The position numbers and the translations under genes were made by a program. A stretch of DNA of 64,000 nt from NCBI RefSeq assembly GCF_964204645.1, contig NC_134027.1, positions 19,926,560 through 19,990,559 of the forward strand, written 5' to 3'. Below, piece after piece: positions 58,559 to 64,000 of this stretch. This stretch comes from Tubulanus polymorphus. Lineage: Eukaryota; Animalia; Nemertea. Within the stretch, counting starts at the first letter, position 1, and every line of letters begins with the position of its first letter. The notes below the pieces were generated by a model that worked only from the letters and a program-made list of their open reading frames with translations, was not told the origin of the DNA and did no database searches.

Positions 58559-59362
58559 ACTCAATGAAATTCTGTCCTATATCACGTCACCACTCTGTTA
58601 CAACATGCAAACGTTAATAAGGATACCAGTCTAGCCCGCGGGAGCCAGCATGCCATTAGCCGGGACTACAGATCCTGTAGCCTTCTGTGGCTCGGGACTT
58701 ATTTTACTGTTGTTTAAAAATGCCATGGTCGATTGAAGGGAACCAAAGAACCATATAGAACATTCACATTTGGCTGGGATCTCAGTCTCACTATACGACA
58801 TGAGGATGACACAGACCTCCACCTACAAAACGCATCTCACACGTAAATAAACCACCACAAGACGCTCCATAGCTCATCGAAATACATTATGATCCAAGTT
58901 GACATTGATGCTTTTCTGGTGAATCACAATTGCGTTGAAAAACTGTCATGTCTAAGTATTTTCAACGATGGTTACTTTGGGACAGATGGTGTTCCATCTG
59001 AGAGATTATGGGTGACTCCAACAAACCTCAGCATTACGAAAAGCTGTCTCTATCCATGTTGGCCCCTCTGTATATATTGATTCTTGATATTGACCAGTCC
59101 TCCAAAAAGTCTAGGTCCAGGAGCACCCTTCCTTTCTCTAGGCCTAGGTCCCACAAACCAGATGGACGAGCCTAAAACCTGTGTCTGCTGTTACCTAATT
59201 TAACCACCGCCAGCCTCCTTGGTGAGAGAACCAGATCAACATAATCCTCTCCACTTGGCTCACACGAATAACACCTTAGTAAATGCATTAATGTTACTGC
59301 TGAAGTAGTATACTAGTTTTACTTATATCCTATGTACTTAATTTAACGTAAACTTTTCATGT

Positions 59363-59366
<4 letters not shown>

Positions 59367-59403
<37 letters not shown>
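59367..59403. repeat. (AT)n microsatellite
   Basis: Directly visible. Confidence 0.95.
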
Positions 59404-59407
<4 letters not shown>

Positions 59408-59469
59408 GTTGAATACTGAATACTGTTTATCCTCTCGAATAGTGTACGTATATAATCTCTGTATTTGCA

Positions 59470-60497
59470 ATTTCCGGAACAGAAACAAGATGACTTGTTC
59501 AAGTCCCTAGAAAATGACGTGGCCCAGTACTCCCTATCCGGCCATTGTATTCTTCTTGGGGATTTCAATGCGAAAATGGCCAGTGATCCTGACTATTGTA
59601 TTGTAACAAATTATAGCATTAATGATCTAGTTTAAGGGTTGGGTGATCGCCCCTTACCTAGGAAACACAAGTGACAAACATGTTGTTGATGCTTTTGGGG
59701 TAAAGCTCCTAGATCTATGTAAAAGTGCTAAATTCAGAATCGCCAACGGTCGTTTTCAAGCTGACTCCTTGGGTAAATCGACTTGTTCAAGCCACCATGG
59801 TGCACCAAGTACTATTGATTATTAAGTTGGAGCTGAAAAGTATTTTGCAATGTTGATATGTTGTATATTAATCCACCATCTGCGCACTCTCATCATTGTA
59901 AGCTATCTACTCTAATCTTTACCGGTTCCTTCCATACCCCCTTCACGGTTGTTGACAATCTCATCTCAGATAATCCCATTGGATTTTTTTCTAGCCTTCT
60001 TTAGCTGAAGACGCAAGATATATAACCACTCCCTCTGCTGCGGATATACCGTCAGAAATTACCCATGCCATTGACTATATCTGATGTCAATGAGGTGGTC
60101 TCTTCGATTGATGACATCCTTGTGAAAACTGCCTAACGCACAGGCATCGGAAAGAACCCCTTCTCTTGCGCCAAATCACACCTGGACAAGAAGCATCAAA
60201 GAACCATAAATGGTTTGATAGCGATTGTGTCTACCTAAAACGTGACAAAAACTTGGAAATCAGCTCCACAAATGTCAATCTACTCTCGGGCCACCAATGC
60301 AAACGAGAGGTAATCAAATGTCTAGATAACAAAGGAAGTCTCTTTAAACCAGAAATTCTATCTCAAATCAACCCTCTCCACTCTAACGAATCCGAGAGAA
60401 TACTGGTCCCTTTTTCGATACACTCCGGTCTCTCGACAAATAAAAGAATTTCAGTCCTATTAGCGAATCTGACCGGTTCGACCCCTTTAGCAAGCTT
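59470..60497 (+). mobile_element. Highly decayed LINE endonuclease fragment, the insertion target of P3
   Basis: ILLGDFNA, G.KLLDLCK...IANGR, STIDY, KWFDSDC. Confidence 0.75.
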
Positions 60498-60829
60498 AGT
60501 AATAGGGGTAATGGGCTTTCATACCAAAGGTCGAACGGTCGAGCTCATTAAAAACAAAACATTAAAAGTAATTTAAAACTATAATATATTTTCATAACCG
60601 TGTGCATTTTATATTAAAACTAAATATTTATTCTAAGATATCAATAATTTAAAAAGCATATTGTATTAAATCAATTGGTCGCTCAACTAATAATAATAAT
60701 TATTCTATTATTCAACTGAAATACACACGGTTATGAAAATATATTATAGTTTCAAATTACTTTTAATATATGTTTTTAATGAACTCGACCATTCAACCTT
60801 TGATATGAAATCCCATTACCCCTATTACT
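60498..60829. repeat. 332-bp terminal palindrome of P3
   Basis: Arms of about 105 bp ending CCCATTACCCCTATTACT around a loop of about 120 bp. Confidence 0.9.
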
Positions 60830-60909
60830 CTTAAAATATTCATATAAATGAATAACATTTAAATCATTGAACTTCTAAAATCAATTTTAATAAAAAATTT
60901 AGTATTAAA

Positions 60910-61161
60910 ATGGAAGCAAATAAGTACTACTGCCCAACATGTAATATCAATATAGATAAATCCCAAAAAGCAAGACACAATAAAACTAAAACACATTTAG
61001 AGAATAAATTGAAACTAGAATATTTACAGTTATATTCAGAACAGTTAACAAAGTCAAAGAAACTTATTGAATTATGGAATAATGATCCAAATAATGAACA
61101 ATATGTTGAGGAATTTGATATCAAGGATCCGATGTTTATACTAGAACATGATTCTATTTGA
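60910..61161 (+). CDS. Chimeric zinc finger/HNH-tail ORF (homolog of 36888-37160)
   Basis: Near-identical N-terminal 65 aa. Confidence 0.5.
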   Translation: MEANKYYCPTCNINIDKSQKARHNKTKTHLENKLKLEYLQLYSEQLTKSKKLIELWNNDPNNEQYVEEFDIKDPMFILEHDSI

Positions 61162-61574
61162 ACCTATATACATTCCATGTACAGAGCTATGGAATAAATC
61201 TATAAATTCACAGCTGTTACAGCTGTTACTATGACGCCGAGACTTATGACTCATTATTACAAACGTGCAGAGAACACTCTAGAACCGGAACCAGATGACG
61301 TGGCAAGAAATGAACATACGCTGTAACATTGTGCTCAGGATATTCTATCTATCGAAACGAAATTAGGAGTTTATAGTTTACAATTCTAAATCTAAATGTA
61401 AGTACTGTTTTTTGTAGTTATTAGGGCTATTAAATATGAAACCTTTAGATATATTTAAGCGTAAAAAGTGTTTGTAATTATAAATTGTATTTATAGAAAT
61501 CAAATGATGTATTGGAAGAAACGGCCGAACAGCTTGTATAATGTATTGTGTAAATCTGTTTGGTGAATTTTTAT

Positions 61575-62040
61575 GTTCGGTCGTTTCTATTCAGAATGAA
61601 TATATAATTATGATTAGCGCATGCGCATTGATCAAAACCGCGCACGAATGCGCGGTTTGCTCAGTGGTATGATTCAGATATTTCATGTTCGGTCGTTTCT
61701 ATTTACATAATGAATATATAGTTATGATTAGCGCATGCGCATTGAGCAAAACCGCGCATGAATGCGCGGTTTGCCTAATGCGAACACGTTTTGATATTTC
61801 ATGTCGGTTGTTTCTATTTACATAATTATATATTCATTATGTAAATATAATTATGATTAACGCATGCGCATTAAGCAAAAGCGCGCATGAATGCGCGGTT
61901 TGCCTAATGCGAACACGTTTTGATATTTTCTGTGTTCGGTTGTTTCTATTTTACAGAATTTACAGAATGAATATATAATTATGATTAACGCATGCGCATT
62001 GATCCAAACCGGGCCTGAATGCGCGGTTTTGTCCAGTGGT
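61575..62040. repeat. Four 114-129 bp tandem units with palindromic cores
   Basis: CGCATGCG and AAACCGCGCATGAATGCGCGGTTT. Confidence 0.88.
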
Positions 62041-62170
62041 ATGATTTAGATATCAGGGAATCGAAACAACTTATCAAAAGCAGCGAGGAATGAAAAAGGA
62101 TGACGTTGGTCGAAGAAATGGAAGAGGATTCTAAAATATTAACCAATTTAGTAAAAAATACGTATAATAA

Positions 62171-62853
62171 ATGGAACCAGAACAACCACAAATTATCAAT
62201 ATTACAAATAACACTGCTGGTGTTATAAATATATATATTACAAGAAGTGTTCTAAATGTGAATTAGATAAATTAGCTTTAACAGAATTTAGTAAGCGTAA
62301 GATTAGCAAAGATGGTTTTCAATATTGCTGTAAAACTTTTTTTAAACTATATACCAAACAATACCGAGAAGATAATATAGAACATTATAATTATTATATG
62401 GCAGAATATATGAGAGAAAGATATCAAATAGATCTTAATTTTAGATTGAAACAATGCTTAAGATCTAGATTAACACAATTATTCAACAAAGAAACGCATT
62501 CAGAAACACTATCTAATTTATTGGGTTGTTCAGATGAATTCTTAAAATCATGGATTATATTTCAATTCGATGATAAAATGAATATAGATAATTATGGTGA
62601 ATACTTTCATATTGATCACGTGTTACCAATATCTAAATTTAACATGAATGATGAATACAATAAAAAACTTATTTGGGGTTGGAAGAATTTAAGACCTTTA
62701 GAAAAGAAGGAAAACATAATTAAATCTAATAAACTAGATTTACAGTTATATTTAGAACAGTTAACAAAGGCAAAGAAATTTATTGATCAATGGAACAATG
62801 ATCCAAATAATGAACAATACGTTGAGGAATTTGATATCAAGGATCCGAAATGA
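62171..62853 (+). pseudogene. HNH endonuclease-like gene of P3, frameshifted near the 5' end
   Basis: HIDHVLP...NLRPL; ATG at 62171 is out of frame with ORF 62398-62853. Confidence 0.8.
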
Positions 62854-63165
62854 CTTATCTGGACAGTTATAATTACTGCTCCTAATAGATAAACAAAAGT
62901 AGTGAGATATCAAATAGATTTTAAATAAAAAGTATTTAAAAAACAATAACTTCAACTAGCTTGTGAATTCTATTATATTTTTTCAAAAATCTATTATTTC
63001 TTTTCAAAAAGGGAATACTTTATATCACAAATAAAAAATACTAAAAAAACAATAACTAATACTAAAATTCTTTACCTTTAACTAAGCTAGTATTAATCTA
63101 AAGAGATACTAGTATCATTTGAAGAATACTTATAATATTTTTTTTGCTTTTTTTCTCTAATATAA

Positions 63166-63768
63166 ATGTCAAAGAAATCTAATAAGAATAGTATTGATAT
63201 TGAAAAAACATTAGATGATTTAGGTATAAGTGATAATAAAGATACAGTTGTTTCTAATTCTATTCAAGTTAATAACAATATAGATTATGAATACTATTTA
63301 TATTGTAAGCATCATCTAGAACTATTGATTGCCGGTGGGAAAACTAATGAGTTTTTAAATAGAATCATTACTTTTCAAGAACTAGACTCTATGAAACCAG
63401 ATAAAGTAATAAAATATTTTAAGATTTATGAAGAAGCTAGATTGGCTCGAATAAATGATTCTATTTCAGATGGTATCGTCAAATGTTATTCTAAGTTATG
63501 TAACCAGTTAATACCAATTAATGATGAAAATAAATTATATAGTGATTTGAAAAATGACTATTTAGTTATGACTGAATTACAAAAATGGGTTGGTTATGCT
63601 TCATTTCAATTAGGATCGGTTATGACATTAATTTCTACTGGTGTCATAACATTTTCGAACATCAAGCCTATGGAATATAAATCAGGTAAGAACGAAACAG
63701 ATGTACTACAACCAAACGTCGAAACAGAAAATGAATCAGAACAAAAATTAACTAAAATAAATGAGTGA
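63166..63768 (+). CDS. Conserved hypothetical protein, 200 aa
   Basis: Near-identical to 39649-40251. Confidence 0.85.
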   Translation: MSKKSNKNSIDIEKTLDDLGISDNKDTVVSNSIQVNNNIDYEYYLYCKHHLELLIAGGKTNEFLNRIITFQELDSMKPDKVIKYFKIYEEARLARINDSISDGIVKCYSKLCNQLIPINDENKLYSDLKNDYLVMTELQKWVGYASFQLGSVMTLISTGVITFSNIKPMEYKSGKNETDVLQPNVETENESEQKLTKINE

Positions 63769-64000
63769 TGGAGTTAAGAAGAAGGCTAGATCCGAGAAAC
63801 AAATTAAATGGGCAAGAGAATTAGGTAAAAGATCTTCAGAATTAAAAAAAGCTAAGAAAAAGAAATTAACTGATATAAATGAATCACAGAAAATATCTGA
63901 TATTGATTCGAATAATAATCCATCTGATTCTTCTAATAGTGGAAGAAATAATTACTTATATATTACAATTGGATTAGTAACAGTTATTATATTATCCGGT
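63761..64000 (+). CDS. Basic single-TM protein (partial, homolog of 40244-40639)
   Basis: MSDGVKKKARSEKQIKWARELG; runs off the window. Confidence 0.8.
   Translation, partial: MSDGVKKKARSEKQIKWARELGKRSSELKKAKKKKLTDINESQKISDIDSNNNPSDSSNSGRNNYLYITIGLVTVIILSG

Larger units (their letters stand above)
60498..64000. mobile_element. Polinton P3, left part (close relative of P2, same orientation, runs off the window)
   Basis: Starts AGTAATAGGGG after AAGCTT (predicted TSD); colinear with P2 36542-40510. Confidence 0.93.

Overview
Animal (probably invertebrate) genomic DNA that is almost entirely nested mobile elements. A decayed Ty3/Gypsy LTR retrotransposon (minus strand, about 1-32630) is split inside its integrase by a 25.8-kb Polinton/Maverick (P1, 3431-29250, TSD AAGGTG). 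P1 is in turn interrupted by a 9.8-kb non-autonomous fold-back element with Polinton-type ends (10038-19823, TSD GTTTTG, about 4.4-kb inverted arms full of satellite arrays). An intronless class A GPCR gene follows (34804-35745), then a second, largely intact Polinton (P2, 36542-54488, TSD TATATC, intact pPolB, integrase, ATPase and candidate capsid gene), two LINE remnants, and the left part of a third Polinton (P3, from 60498 to the window end). Most notable observations: (1) a full-length LAGLIDADG intein in the YxD|TDS motif of the P1 polymerase, with an intein-free allele in P2; (2) the Polinton-derived giant fold-back element; (3) 266-332 bp self-palindromic terminal cassettes on P2 and P3; (4) a TAAATG start context on most Polinton genes together with a VLTF3-like gene; (5) a 25-27 nt GC-rich palindrome sitting in frame in three P2 genes. 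All family assignments come from motif recognition by eye, not from database searches.
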